64,000 bases of DNA, from positions 2,108,001-2,172,000 of the forward strand of contig NC_091482.1 in assembly GCF_036971445.1 (NCBI RefSeq), given 5' to 3'. Both the position numbers and the translations under genes were made by a program. The notes below the pieces were generated by a model. It saw nothing but the letters and a program-made list of their open reading frames with translations, made no database searches and was not told the origin of the DNA. The stretch is from Narcine bancroftii. Taxonomy: Eukaryota. This document shows, piece by piece, positions 48,201 to 60,800 of this stretch (its first letter is position 1; each line of letters starts with the position of its first letter).

Positions 48201-50679
48201 CAGGTTTGGTGATTGGACACTGGTGGTGCTGAGCTGGTCGAGCACGGCCTGGGCGATGGGCACCATCATGGTGGTGGTGGCTGTGTTACTGATCCACATG
48301 GAGAGGAAGGCTGTGACACCCATGAAGCCCATCATCAACCTGGGAAGGAAGGACAGAACATGAGGGGGGGGGGGAGTTCACAGAGCAGCCCTCAGACCTC
48401 CCTCCCTCAGAATCATCCCTCCTCCCTCAATCTCCTCTCAAGAACCCCTCCATCACAGCCGTGCTCCCAAACCCCCCCCCATCTCCTCTGAATTACCCTC
48501 TGACACTCCCTTCCATCAGACACCATCTTCCCTCATTAAAGCCCCTCCCTCACCCCTCCTCCTCTCTCAGACACACTCCCTCTGCCCCCACCCCCATTCC
48601 CATCAACTACCCTGACCCTACCCCTCAGCCATCCACTAGGGACAATTTGCAACAGCCAATTCAAACCCCCCCCTCCCCAACAGATACTGCCTGACTGGCT
48701 AAACCCGCCAACATTTTCTCATTTTATTTCAGACAATTGGTGTCTCCGGGATTTTATTTGGTCAGTGTCGGTGGTCGAGTGGTGACTGCATCAACAGCCT
48801 CGGGGCTACTTCGCTGATGAAGGCAAATGGCTGTGGGCTCCAAGCTGACAGCAAGGCACTGAAACAGCCCACATCCCACCACTGGCCCTCGTCCCAAAGT
48901 TTAATCATCCCCCCCAATGAAAACAACTTCATCCCCTCAAAAACAGAATGTTCTCCATGCAGAGGTGGGGACTGGTGCCCTACGCCAACCAATCATTGCT
49001 TGTGTTTAACAGTGCCATGGTGAAACTACCAATGATGGAGTCTTACAGAGCTGGTCTGACCCCAACGATGAGGAGAGCTCTCAGTGCGATGCGTTTGTGA
49101 AAGTTCCAGCTCTCGATGGCCACAGCTACCATTAACCCTCCGAGGAACAACATGTTTGTGTCTTTCAAGTACTGCATGCAGACCTGCATCAGAAAACATG
49201 GCCACAGAACTCGTCAGTTTGGGTGTGAGCAGCTTCTGAGGACAAAACCTCTCTGCAATGCCAAGGCTGCCCATAGGCACTGGGTGGGCTACAAACATGT
49301 TGCAGTGGGGACTGACAGCAAAAGGAAAAGAGTGTTCACATTGTTGCTGGTGGTTGGTCACTGTTGTTGGTCTCGGTGTCAGGTAAACCCACACTGGGTT
49401 GTCATCCAGATCCAGTGGAACAGAGCAGGTTCCAATCATTACATTCCAGATAACTCCTTCTCCTCAACCCAGATAATATCCATACCAGACAAGGCCCACA
49501 CCGAGACAAGGGCAAGGCCCCATCCCAGATACGGCCCACACCGAGCCCAGGCAAGGCCCCATCCCAGATGGCCCACACCGAGACCAGGTCAAGGCCCCAT
49601 CCCAGACACGGCCCACACCGAGACCAGGGCAAGGCCCCATCCCAGACACGGCCCACACCGAGACCAGGTTAAGGCCCCATCCCAGACACGGCCCACACCA
49701 AGACCAGGAACTGTACTAATCACACTGCAATTTATGCTTCACTTGTGCACCCTGCATGATCTTACTTCTTTGGATGTCATGATTCCAAACAACGGGAAGA
49801 GTAAGACAGGAAGAATGGCAGTGACGGCCAGTGGAATGACCTCCGAGCACCAGTAAACAGCCATCAGGAGTACAGTGAACCCACAGTAGGCTTTCTGTCA
49901 GAAGAGAAAGTGACGGCTCAAACACTGCCTCGGTGGGTATCCCTGCTCCACCTCTCGGTCCCCTTCCCTCCATCTGTCTCTCACTCCTCCCCCTCCTTTC
50001 CCACCCCCCCCTCCTTTCCACCCCCCCCCTCCTTTCCCACCCCCCCCCCTCCTTTCCCACCCCCCCCCTCCTTTCCCACCCCCCCCCTCCTTTCCCACCC
50101 CCCCCCTCCTTTCCCACCCCCCCCTCCTTTCCCACCCCCCCCTCCTTTCCCACCCCCCCCTCCTTTCCCACCCCCCCCCCTCCTTTCCCACCCCCCCCTC
50201 CTTTCCCACCCCCCCCCTCCTTTCCCACCCCCCCCTCCTTTCCCACCCCCCCCTCCTTTCCCACCCCCCCCTCCTTTCCCACCCCCCCCTACCCCGGCAA
50301 CCACCACTCAATGCAAACTACAGGGAGGGAAGGACATCGCTGGAGAGGGCAGGGATCACCTCCAGATGTGGGCCATCGGACAAAATCTACATGAGGTGAC
50401 TCTCCGGCCCTTCCCCAGCAGGGACCCCGATTAAACCCCCTCCCCCTTCTCCTTAAAAGTTGAGGGAAAAGTTTCTGCAAAGCTTCACAATCTTCCCCCG
50501 AACGGCTTGTGCGGCACCTGATGCGACTGAATCGTGGGGCACGGACTCTGGGGTCGCGGGCGCGGACGCTCACTAACCTGGCTCCTGAGGGCGAGAGGCA
50601 GCGGCAGCAGCAAAAGTACGGGCAGGGCGAGTGCGATCGGGAACCGGTACCTCTGCAGCGGTCTCAGACACGGTAGCAT
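32739..50679 (-). CDS. SLC13A5: Na+/citrate(dicarboxylate) cotransporter, SLC13A5-like (~600 aa); exons 50679-50578, 49894-49766, 49183-49047, 48339-48125, 47031-46821, 43417-43295, 42099-41884, 39143-39021, 37821(or 37817)-37700, 34602-34441, 33935-33798, 32867-32739
   Basis: DASS motifs [34 protein letters not shown] and [15 protein letters not shown]; 12 GT-AG exons, several with the sizes I recall for SLC13A5 (102,129,137,123,216,162,138); adjacency to MED31 favours A5 over A2; 1-nt phase mismatch at exon 8/9. Confidence 0.88.
32895..33110 (-). mobile_element. Penelope-like RT fragment in the last SLC13A5 intron
   Basis: [28 protein letters not shown] resembles the PLE RT YIDD region. 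Confidence 0.55.
36195..37250. repeat. CT-rich micro/minisatellite (ccccatctcctctctctct)n
   Basis: Directly visible. Confidence 0.95.
39575..39752. repeat. ~22-23-bp tandem repeat
   Basis: gggcagggttgggaggggaacg units. Confidence 0.85.
40790..41845 (+). mobile_element. CR1 LINE fragments (two joined pieces)
   Basis: [24 protein letters not shown] and a second [21 protein letters not shown], then the 3' end. Confidence 0.85.
42255..42985 (-). mobile_element. CR1 3' portion
   Basis: [46 protein letters not shown]. Confidence 0.9.
44332..45990 (-). mobile_element. RTE-clade LINE, 5'-truncated, one frameshift
   Basis: [46 protein letters not shown]-terminal [21 protein letters not shown]; tail ccaagccaaagagaagaaag. 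Confidence 0.92.
46270..46445 (-). mobile_element. V-SINE
   Basis: Reverse complement contains gtaaggagcttgtacgctctccccatgtctgtgtgggtttcctcc. Confidence 0.7.
47105..47840. mobile_element. Penelope-like remnants in inverted arrangement
   Basis: Minus terminus 47105-47265; plus copy from 47270 ([17 protein letters not shown]) to a terminus at ~47840. Confidence 0.65.
49483..49708. repeat. 40-bp minisatellite
   Basis: cccagacacggcccacaccgagaccagggcaaggccccat units. Confidence 0.9.
49993..50290. repeat. 18-19-bp C-rich tandem repeat
   Basis: ctcctttcccaccccccc units. Confidence 0.9.
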
Positions 50680-50729
50680 GTTGGCCGCCCCCTTCCCCCG
50701 GCTGCCACACTCGGCTCCAGCCTCGCAGC

Positions 50730-50745
50730 TTCTCATATAAACAGG
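50730..50745 (-). promoter_or_regulatory. TATA-like box upstream of SLC13A5
   Basis: Minus strand tgtttatatgagaag ~55-60 nt upstream of the ATG, with GC/GT boxes further upstream. Confidence 0.4.
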
Positions 50746-50854
50746 CTGTGGGCGGGCGTCTACTCTCAACCCGCCTCACCCCTACTCCTAGCTGGACGCA
50801 ATTATCCCTCCTCCCTCCCTCTCAACCTGCTCCTTTCAAGGGGTGTGAATGTGG

Positions 50855-51590
50855 TGTGTGCTTTTATAGATATGTCAAGAGGAAAAGATTGGTGAAATCC
50901 AGAGTAGGTCCCATGCAGTCAGAATCAGGGGAATATATAATGGGGAATAAGGAAAGGGCAGACCAATGAAATTCTTACTTTAGTTCTGTTTTCACAAGAG
51001 AGGATCCAAATAACCTCCCAAGGATGTTGGGAAACATAGAGACGAATGCAAGGGAGGAGCTGAAAGAAATCAGTATCTCTAAGGACATGGTCTTGGGGAA
51101 ATTGATGGGATTGAAGCCCGATAAATCCCAAGGACCTGATAATCTACATCCTAGGGAACTCAAGGAATGGCCATTCAGATAGCAGATGCTTTAAGAATTA
51201 TTTTCCACAACTCGAAAGACTCAGGATCAGTGGATTGGAGGGTAGCTAATGTTACCCCACTATTTAAAAAGGGGGGTAGAGAAAAAGCGGGGAATTATCG
51301 GCCGGTGAGCCTTACATCAGTAGTGGGCAAAATGATGGAATCCATTATTAAGGATGTAATAGCGGAGCATATGACTAGCAGAGAAGGGATCGAACAGAGT
51401 CAACATGGATTTACAAAAGGTAAATCGTGCTTGACAAATCTACTGGAATTCTTTGAGATGGTGACAGGTAAAATAGATGGGGGGGAGTCAGTGGATGTGG
51501 TGTACCTGGATTTCCAAAAGGCCTTCGATAAGGTTCCACATAAACGACTGGCATGCAAAATCAAGGCTCATGGGATGGGGTTGGGTCCTC
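50855..51590 (+). mobile_element. CR1 LINE RT N-terminal fragment
   Basis: DWRVANVTPLFKKG..NYRPVSLTSVVGKMME..QHGFTKGKSCLTNLLEFF..VYLDFQKAFDKVPH. Confidence 0.92.
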
Positions 51591-52534
51591 AATGATTTTG
51601 CAAGTTCTCTTTAAATAATGATCCTGCTAGATCACATTTGTGAGGAGGTGATGGAGATCCACTCTGCCACTCTTATGGTCCTGTGGATTGACCTCTGATC
51701 CATTTCTCTGCAGCAACTGTGATGTAGTGACCAGGATGCTCTCGATAGAGCTCCTGTAGAAGGTCGACATGATAGTGGACAGTAGCCTTGCCCGTTTCAG
51801 TCTTCCAGGGAGTGCAGTCACTGATGCATCTTCCTGACAAGTAAGGAGATGATGTGTGTCCATGATAGGTCACGACTTAACTCACCTCCTGAGATTCCAT
51901 GGTCTTTCCTTTATCTACGAGGCACAGGACAGGAAACAAGGGTATTCTCTCCTCCTTCCTGGAAGGTTGCAGCTCCAGCAATGGGCATTTTCTGGAGGAG
52001 AGCAGCTCACAGTTCCTCACTGGATACCCAACTGATTTCTTCCCTCTGTCGCCCAGCTACAAGAACCTCAGTGTATTTAAGGCAGAGACTGCTGGCTCCC
52101 TGAATAGTCAGGGTATCAAAGGTTATGGGGAGAAGGCAGGGGAGTGGGGCTGAGTGGGAGAATGGATCAGCTCACAATAGAATGGCAGGGTGGACTTGAT
52201 GGGCTGAATGGCCTACTTCTGCTTCTGTATCTTATGGACTCGAACAGCCATTCTCAACCTTTTGTAGCTATGCCCCCCCCCACCCTCCAGGAATTTGCTC
52301 AAAGTTTATGGGCCCCCTTCCCTGTGAAGCTGTCACATTTTGGTTTCTTCTGTACGTCTCTCTCACCGACTACATTAAAAAAATTAATTATTTTATGGGA
52401 TCAGTCCAAAAGTTCACATCCAAAATTTCAAAAAGACACATTACACTTAAATCCGATCATTTTATCCAAGGTTCCCACATTTCACTCAAACAGATTATAT
52501 TGTGTTGATATTATATTATTTAATATAATAATAT

Positions 52535-53420
52535 AAACTGAGGTCCTCCATCAGCCAGCTCCCCACCATGACGACCAGCCCCCCCACATCTCCATCGGGC
52601 ACACAAAACTCAAAACGGTCAACCAGTTTACCTATCTCGGCTGCACCATTTCATCAGATGCAAGGATCGACAATGAGATAGACAACAGACTCGCCAAGGC
52701 AAATAGCGCCTTTGGAAGACTACACAAAAGAGTCTGGAAAAACAACCAACTGAAAAACCTCACAAAGATAAGTGTATACAGAGCCGTTGTCATACCCACA
52801 CTCCTGTTCGGCTCCGAATCATGGGTCCTCTACCGGCACCACCTACGGCTCCTAGAACGCTTCCACCAGCGTTGTCTCCGCTCCATCCTCAACATCCATT
52901 GGAGCGCTTACACCCCTAACGTCGAAGTACTCGAGATGGCAGAGGTCGACAGCATCGAGTCCACGCTGCTGAAGATCCAGCTGCGCTGGATGGGTCACGT
53001 CTCCAGAATGGAGGACCATCGCCTTCCCAAGATCGTGTTATATGGCGAGCTCTCCACTGGCCACCGTGACAGAGGTGCACAAAGAAAAGGTACAAGGACT
53101 GCCTAAAGAAATCTCTTGGTGCCTGCCACATTGACCACCGCCAGTGGGCTGATAACGCCTCAAACCGTGCATCTTGGCGCCTCACAGTTTGGCGGAAGCA
53201 ACCTCCTTTGAAGAAGACCGCAGAGCCCACCTCACTGACAAAAGGCAAAGGAGGAAAAACCCAACACCCAACCCCAACCAACCAATTTTCCCTTGCAACC
53301 GCTGCAATCGTGTCTGCCTGTCCCGCATCGGACTTGTCAGCCACAAACGAGCCTGCAGCTGACGTGGACTTTTTACCCCCTCCATAAATCTTCGTCTGCG
53401 AAGCCAAGCCAAAGAAAGAA
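52535..53420 (+). mobile_element. RTE-clade LINE 3' portion (same family as 44332-45990)
   Basis: Highly similar to the reverse complement of 44332-45200. Confidence 0.9.
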
Positions 53421-53937
53421 TATAATAAAAAAGGAAAATCTAAACCCATGACCAAGAAAGAAGTTGTTTGGCCAAAAAAAGGAAAAGAAAGACAGAATTC
53501 TTAACATAGTGATAAATTACCTCATTAGTCAACAGTTCTACCTTCATAACAAATCAAAGATTATAAAAGTGATTCAAAAAGGGTCCCCAGTGTTTGAAAA
53601 TTTACATTCAAATCGGAAATTGAGCATCAAATCTTCTCTAAGTTTAAACATGACGTGATGTCACAGAACCATTGAGTGGGAGTAGTCGGGGTAATGTCCC
53701 TCCATCTGAACAACAACACCTGCCCAGCCAGAAGAGAAATAAAAGCTAATACATGCAGCTCAGATGTTGTTAACATTATGTCACTCTCTCCAATACCAAA
53801 TTCTTTTCTTTAAAATGCCCTGACAATAATAAATCACATTTCACTTCTAAACCTGCAAATAGTGCCGATTTATCAGCTGCCTCTTGGAGTTACAGAACCT
53901 TCACTAACTTTGATGCTTCTTTCTGTGGGCAGTGTGT

Positions 53938-54445
53938 CAGCCAATCACAGACAGGGAGATGACCAATCGCAGACAGGAAGATGGGCCAATCACAGATGGG
54001 GAGATGGGCCAATCACAGACAGGGAGATGGGCCAATCACAGACAGGGAGATGGCCAATCGCAGACAGGGAGATGGGCCAATCACAGACAGGGAGATGGCC
54101 AATCGCAGACAGGAAGATGGGCCAATCACAGATGGGGAGATGGGCCAATCACAGACAGGGAGATGGGCCAATCACAGCCGGGGAGATGGGTCAATCACAG
54201 ACAGGGAGATGGGCCAATCACAGACAGGGAGATGGGCCAATCACAGCCAGGGAGATGGGCCAAATTACAGCTGGGGAGATGGGCCAATCGCAGTCAGGGA
54301 GATGGGTCAATTGCAGACAGGGAGAACGGCAGGCCAATCACAGAGACAGATGAACCACGTTCAAACAGAGAGACAGGCCAATCCCAGACAGGGAGGGAGG
54401 CCAATCACGTGCTGAGACAGGCTCATCCCAGATGAGCCAATCACG
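53938..54445. repeat. ~23-bp tandem repeat carrying CCAAT boxes
   Basis: gggccaatcacagacagggagat units; ~18 CCAATC. Confidence 0.9.
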
Positions 54446-54624
54446 GACAGGGGGATGGATTTATATCAGATAGAGAGATGGCCAATTACAGCCAGTGTGC
54501 CACAGGAACAGGAGTGGGCCACACAGACCCTCACCCACCCATTCCATTGGATCACCAACAATCTGACTGTAGCATCAGCGCTGGGTTCCCACTTACCTTG
54601 GTAAACTTTCACCCATGGCTTCTC

Positions 54625-57600
54625 TTTTTTAATATTTTTTTATTTTTCACACTATGAACCATATCAACCAAAATATTACAAACGTTTCTCATTAAATTTA
54701 CACAGTGGTCTTTTCTCCCCTTTTTCTCCCCCTTTCCCTCCCTCCCCTCTACCCACCCCCCTCCAAAACCCATAAATATTCAACATGTACAATACAATAA
54801 AACCATAAAACAATATCTTCACACAAAGGAAAATCAACAAGAAAAATGCCTCATCTATTTATTACACACTGAATCTAGTCATTTTGTCTTCTTATCATTT
54901 TCGTTCTCATTTTAGGGGATGGAGATCGTAGGCAAACTCTCTCTGATATGTTCCATGTACGGTTCCTAAATTTGTTCAAACATTGTGACTTTATTTTTTA
55001 AATTATATGTTATTTTTTCCAATGGAATACATTTATTCATTTCCATGTACCATTGCTGTACCCTCAGGCTCTCTTCCATTTTCCAAGTTGACATTATACA
55101 TTTTTTTTGCTACCGCTAAGGCGATCATAATGAATTTTTTTTGCACTTTATCCAATTTGAGGCCTAATTCTCCACTTCTTAAGTTACTCAAAAGAAATAT
55201 CTCTGGTTTTTTTGGTATGTTATTTTTTTGTAATTTTATTTAGTATCTGATTTAGTTCTTCCCAAAACATATTCAGTTTCGTACATGCCCAAGTTGCATG
55301 TAATGTTGTTCCCATTTCCTTCTTACAGCGAAAACATCTTTCTGATAATGTTGAATCCTATTTTTTTAATTACTGAGGAGTGATATATACCCTGTGTAAC
55401 CAATTATACTGTATCATGCATAACCTTGTGTTTATTGTATCCTTCATAGTTCCAGAACATAACTTTTCCCATACTTCATTTTTTATCTTTATGTTTAGAT
55501 CCTTTTCCCACTTATGCTTAGGTTATTAGTTTATTTCATTTTCCTTATCTTGCAGCTTAATGTACATGTTAGCTATAAATCTTTTAATTATCATTATGTC
55601 TGTAATCACTTATTCAAAGCTGCTTCCTTCAGATAATCTCAAGCTGTTTCCCAATTTATCCTTTAAATAATAATTTATTATTATTTAAAGTATTAAATAT
55701 TTTTTTATTATTTAATACTTTAAATAAATTGATGATATGCAAACATTGTACCATGAGTTATTCCATATTTGTACTTCAACTGTTCAAATGTTAATAAATT
55801 ATTTCCAAAAAACCAATTTTCTATTCTTTTGATTCATTTTCTTTCCCATTCTCTAAACGAAAGGTTGTCTATTGTAAAAGGGATTAGCGGAATTTGCATC
55901 AATAGTAATTTTGGTATTTGATCATTCATTTTTTTTCCTTTCTAAGTGGATCTTCCATGTATTAAGTAAATGATACAGTACTGGTGAGTTTTTATATTAC
56001 ACCAGCTTTTCATCCCACTTATAAAGTATATGTTCCAGTACCTTCTCCCCTATTTTATCTAGTTCTATCTTAGTCCAGTCTGGTTTTTGGTAAAAATCTG
56101 ATAAGTACCTCAATTGTGCAGCTCTATAATAATTTCTAAAATTTGGTAACTGCAAACCACCTTGATTAAACCTCTCTGGTAATTTATCTAACGCTACCCT
56201 TGGATTCCTCCCTTTCCACAAGAATTTCCTTATTATTCTCTTTAGTTCCTTAAAGAATTTTTCTGTTAAAAGAATTGGTAACGTTTGAAATAAGTATTGT
56301 ATTCTTGGGAGCACGTTCATTTTAATGCAGTTTACCCTCCCTATCAACGTTAGTGGTCGTTCTTTCCAATGTTCTATAATGTCATCTGCAAATAAGCTGA
56401 TTTTATACCCCTTCTTTTTTATCCCTTTTATTTTATTTTCTATTCTTATCAGTCCTGCCAAAGGTTCTATTGCTAAGGCAAACAATGAAGGAGATAATGG
56501 ACATCCCTGTCTAGTTGATCTACTTAATTTAAAGTGACTCGATACATATCCATTTACTGCTACCTTCGCCAATGGTCCATTATATAATGCTTTAATCCAA
56601 TTTATATATTTTTCTGGTAGATTGAATTTCGGTAATACTTTAAATAAGTAATTCCATTCTACTCTGTCAAAGGCTTTTTCTGCATCTCGAGCAACAGTCA
56701 CTGTTGGTTTCTTATTTCCGTGAACTGCATGGATTAGATTAATAAGCTTGCAGACATTGTCCACTGTTAGTCTTTTCTTAATAAATCCAGTTGGATCTTG
56801 TTTTACTATTTTAGGTATACAATCGGCCAATCTGTTTGCTAATAATTTCGCTATTATCTTATAATCTGAGTTAAGTAGAGATATTGGTCTATATGATGCT
56901 GGTGTTAATGGATCCTTCCCTGTCTTTGGTATTACTGTAATTATTGCTCTCTTACATGAATCTGGCAAGTTTTGTGTTTCTTCTATCTGGTTCATTACTT
57001 CCAGGAGAGGAGGAATTAATAACTCTTTAAATGTTTTATAAAATTCTATTTGAAATCCATCCTCTCCTGGTATTTTATTGTTTGGCAGCTTTTTTAATAT
57101 ATCCTGTACTTTCTCAATTTCAAATGGTTTTATTAGTTTGTTTTGTTCCTCTTCTTGCAATTTTGACAGTTAAATTTTAGCTAAAAATTCCTCTATTTTA
57201 TCATCTTTCCCCTCATTCTCAGTTTGATACAATTGTTCATAAAATTCCTTAAAATTTTCATTAATCTCTGCTGGGTTATATGTAATTTGTTTGTCTTTTT
57301 TCCTTGATGCCGATACAATTCTTTTAGCATGTTCTGTTTTAAGTTGCCAGGCTAATATTTTGTGTTTTTTCTCCCAGTTCGTAAAACTTTTGGTTTGTTT
57401 TCATTATGTTCTTCTCCACTTTGTACGTTTGTAATGTTTCATTTTTTTTTGTCTGCCAATTCTCTCCTTTTCATTATATCATCCCTTTTTACTAATACCT
57501 TTTCTGTACTTACTATCTCCCTTTCCAACTGCTCTATTTCCCGATTGTAATCCTTTTTCATCTTAGTCACATAACTTATTATCTGTCCTCGAATGAAGGC

Positions 57601-57843
57601 TTTCATTGCGTCCCATAATATAAATTTGTCTTTCACTGATCCTGTGTTTATTTCAAAATATGTTTTAATTTTAATTTAATTCCCTAAATTCCTGTCTTTT
57701 AAGTAGCATGGAGTTTAACCTCCATCTATATGTTCTTGGTGGGATGTCCTCCAGTTCTATTGCTAATAACAGGGGTTAATGATCTGATAGTAGTCTAGCT
57801 TTATATTCAGTTTTCCTAACTCTCCCTTGAATATGGGCCGACA
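54625..57843 (-). mobile_element. L1-clade LINE, 5'-truncated host copy (continues at 63460-63620)
   Basis: ORF2 fragments YRPISLLNSDYKI, TRQGCPLSP and SLFADD; T-rich tail on the plus strand at 54625-54646. Confidence 0.92.
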
Positions 57844-60800
57844 GGAGGAGTCACGTGATGGAGTAGTGGCCGGTCGGGGAACTCCAGCCCTCTCCAGAAA
57901 AGTTAAAAAAAGATAGAGAAAAAACAAAGGGACAAACTTAAAAACCAAAACAAAGTGAAAGTAAAAGTGTGAAGACAATGGCAGCGAAGAAAGAAAAACC
58001 AAAAACAACGGGAAGAAAAGAAGAAGGAAAGACGTTGGAAGAAGAAGGTGAAGGCCTTACCTGTCCGAGGAGGCCCGCCGCGGAGAGAGAAGCCCGCTCC
58101 CTCAGGTCAGTGGAAGTCCAGGGCTCGGGACTACAAAAATGGCTCGCAGAGCCGAGTAAAAGTGCGCAACCGCGCATGAAAAAAACCACACTGACGGGAG
58201 GGGGGAACAGCTGCAGAGTCAATCTCCACAGCTGAGAGAGACACCTGCAGCACAGCAACAGGTGCAGAACACAGACAATAACGAGAACAAGAAAGAAGAG
58301 GGTAAAAAGAAAACAAGGAAACAACAGATGGTCAACCCAGAGGAAGAAGAAGAACAGAAAGAAGTGGAAGAAGAGGAGAAAGGCAAGACAATGGATGTAT
58401 CTTTTTTTAAAGAGTATATGGAATCAGTGAAAGAATGGCAATTACAAGAATTTAATGAGATAAAAAGAAGAATTAAGAATGCAGAAGAAAAAATGAATAA
58501 AATAGAAATGGTCATATCAGAGATAGGAAAAAGAGTGGATAATTTGGAAGAATGAGAAATAATCGTAGAAATGGAAGTAGAGGACTTAAAAGAGAAATTA
58601 GAAGAATCTAATAAAAAAGTTAAAGAGGCACATGAGCTGTTAGCTCAGAAGATAGATATAATGGAAAATTATAATAGAAGAAATAATATAAAGATGGTGG
58701 GCCTTAAGGAAGATGAAGAAGGCAAGAATATGAGAGAATTTATAAAAGATTGGATCCCCAGGGTCCTAGGAAGACCAGAATTACAGGAAGAAATGGAAAT
58801 AGAGAGGGCACATAGAACTTTAGCCCTGAAACCACAACCGCAGCAAAACCCAAGATCCATTTTAGTAAAATTCTTAAGATATACAACAAGAGAAAATATA
58901 TTGCAGAAAGCAATGAAGAAAGTAAGAGAGGACAAAAAGCCACTGGAATATAAAGGTCAAAACATTTTTTTATATCCAGACATAAGTTTTGAACTCCTGA
59001 AGAAGAGGAAGGAATTCAATACAGCGAAAACGATCTTATGGAAAAAAGGATATAAATTTATGTTAAGGTACCCAGCGGTACTTAAAATAATTATTCCAGG
59101 GCAACAAAACAGACTATTCTCGGATCCAGAGGAAGCAAGGAAATTTGCAGAACAACTACAAAACAAGCAGAGAGATGAAGACATGTAATAAGAGTAAAAA
59201 TGACCATGATCTATATGTATGTGTGTAAAGGGGTATATGTGTGTACATATATAGTGTGCATACATGAATGTATCCGTATTTAGAGGAAAATATATAGAGT
59301 ATAGACAAGAATTAATAAGGGAGGGAAATGGAATAGAGGGAATAAGGAGGGAATTAAAAGAGTGACCTTTGTTACATATGAAAATTGAAATCTTTTCTGG
59401 GGGGGCTGGGTGGGGAGGAGTTACGGTCACTGCAAAATCAGTTGACGTTTGCGAGTGAATTCGCAAATCCAAATGGAGAGGGGAGATGTGGTTGTCCAAA
59501 AAGGGATAAAGGACAATTCAGGAGGGGGAGGGGAGATTGGGGTTAAAGAAGTTTTAAATAGGAGAATAGGGAAAATGTTTGATGTTTTAGAAATGTTGTC
59601 TTATAAAGTGTTCTAAACAAGAAAGCAGAAATGGATAAGAAGGAAAGGTAATGATGGAGAAACGGAAAGGGAAGATAAACAAAGTATAAAATGGCTACGC
59701 TGAACTATATGACTTTAAATATTAACAGAATACATAACCAAATTAAAAGGAAGAAACTGCTAAATTTACTGAAAAAAGAAAAAATTGATATAGCATTTGT
59801 GCAAGAAACACATTTAACTGAATTGGAGCACAAGAAATTAAAGAGAGATTGGGTAGGACACGTAACAGCAGCGTTGTATAATTCAAAAGCAAGAGGGGTA
59901 GCTATATTAATTAGTAAAAATGTGCCAATTAAAATAGAAGAGGAAATAATAGATCCAGCAGGGAGATATGTAATAATAAAATGTCAGATATATTCGGAGT
60001 TTTGGAATCTACTCAATGTATATTCACCTAACGAAGAAGATCAAAAGTTTATGCAAGATATTTTTTTGAAGATAGCAGATACGCAAGGGAGCATATTAAT
60101 AGGAGGGGATTTCAGCCTGAATTTGGATTCAAATATGGACAAAACTGGGAAAAAAAATAACAGAAAGAACAAAGTAACCAAATTTATAATTAAATCGATG
60201 GAAGAAATGCAACTTTTGGATATATGGAGGAAACAACACCCAAAGGAAAAGGAATATTCATAGACATAAAACATACTCAAGAATAGACCTATTTTTGTTA
60301 TCAGCTCGTATGCAAGATAGAGTAAGAAAAACAGAATATAAAGCTAGAATATTATCAGACCATTCACCCTTAATATTGACAATAAAGTTAGAGGACATCC
60401 CTCCAAGAATGTATAGATGGAGATTAAACTCCATGTTACTCAAAAGGCAGGATTTTAGAGAATTCATTGAAAGACAAATTAAAATGTATTTTGAAATAAA
60501 CACGGAATCAGTGAAAGATAAGTTTATACTATGAGATGCAATGAAAGCGTTCATTAGAGGCAAATAATAAGTTATGTAACCAGATGAAGAAGGACTATAA
60601 TCAGGAAACAGAGCAGTTGGAAAGGGAAATAGTAAATATAGAAAAAGAATTAGCAATGAAGGAAGATACAACTAAAAGAAGAGAATTGGCAGATAAAAAA
60701 ATAAAATATGAAACACTACAAATATATAAGGTGGAGAAGAATATAATGAAGACAAAACAAATTTTATGAACTAGGGGAAAAATCGCACAAAATTCTAGCA

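Noticed and set aside
27682-50679. Functional coupling of rhodanese (thiosulfate) with an SLC13 sulfate/thiosulfate transporter
   Set aside because: The transporter looks like the carboxylate branch (SLC13A5 by exon structure and MED31 synteny), not SLC13A1/A4; adjacency in vertebrates is weak evidence
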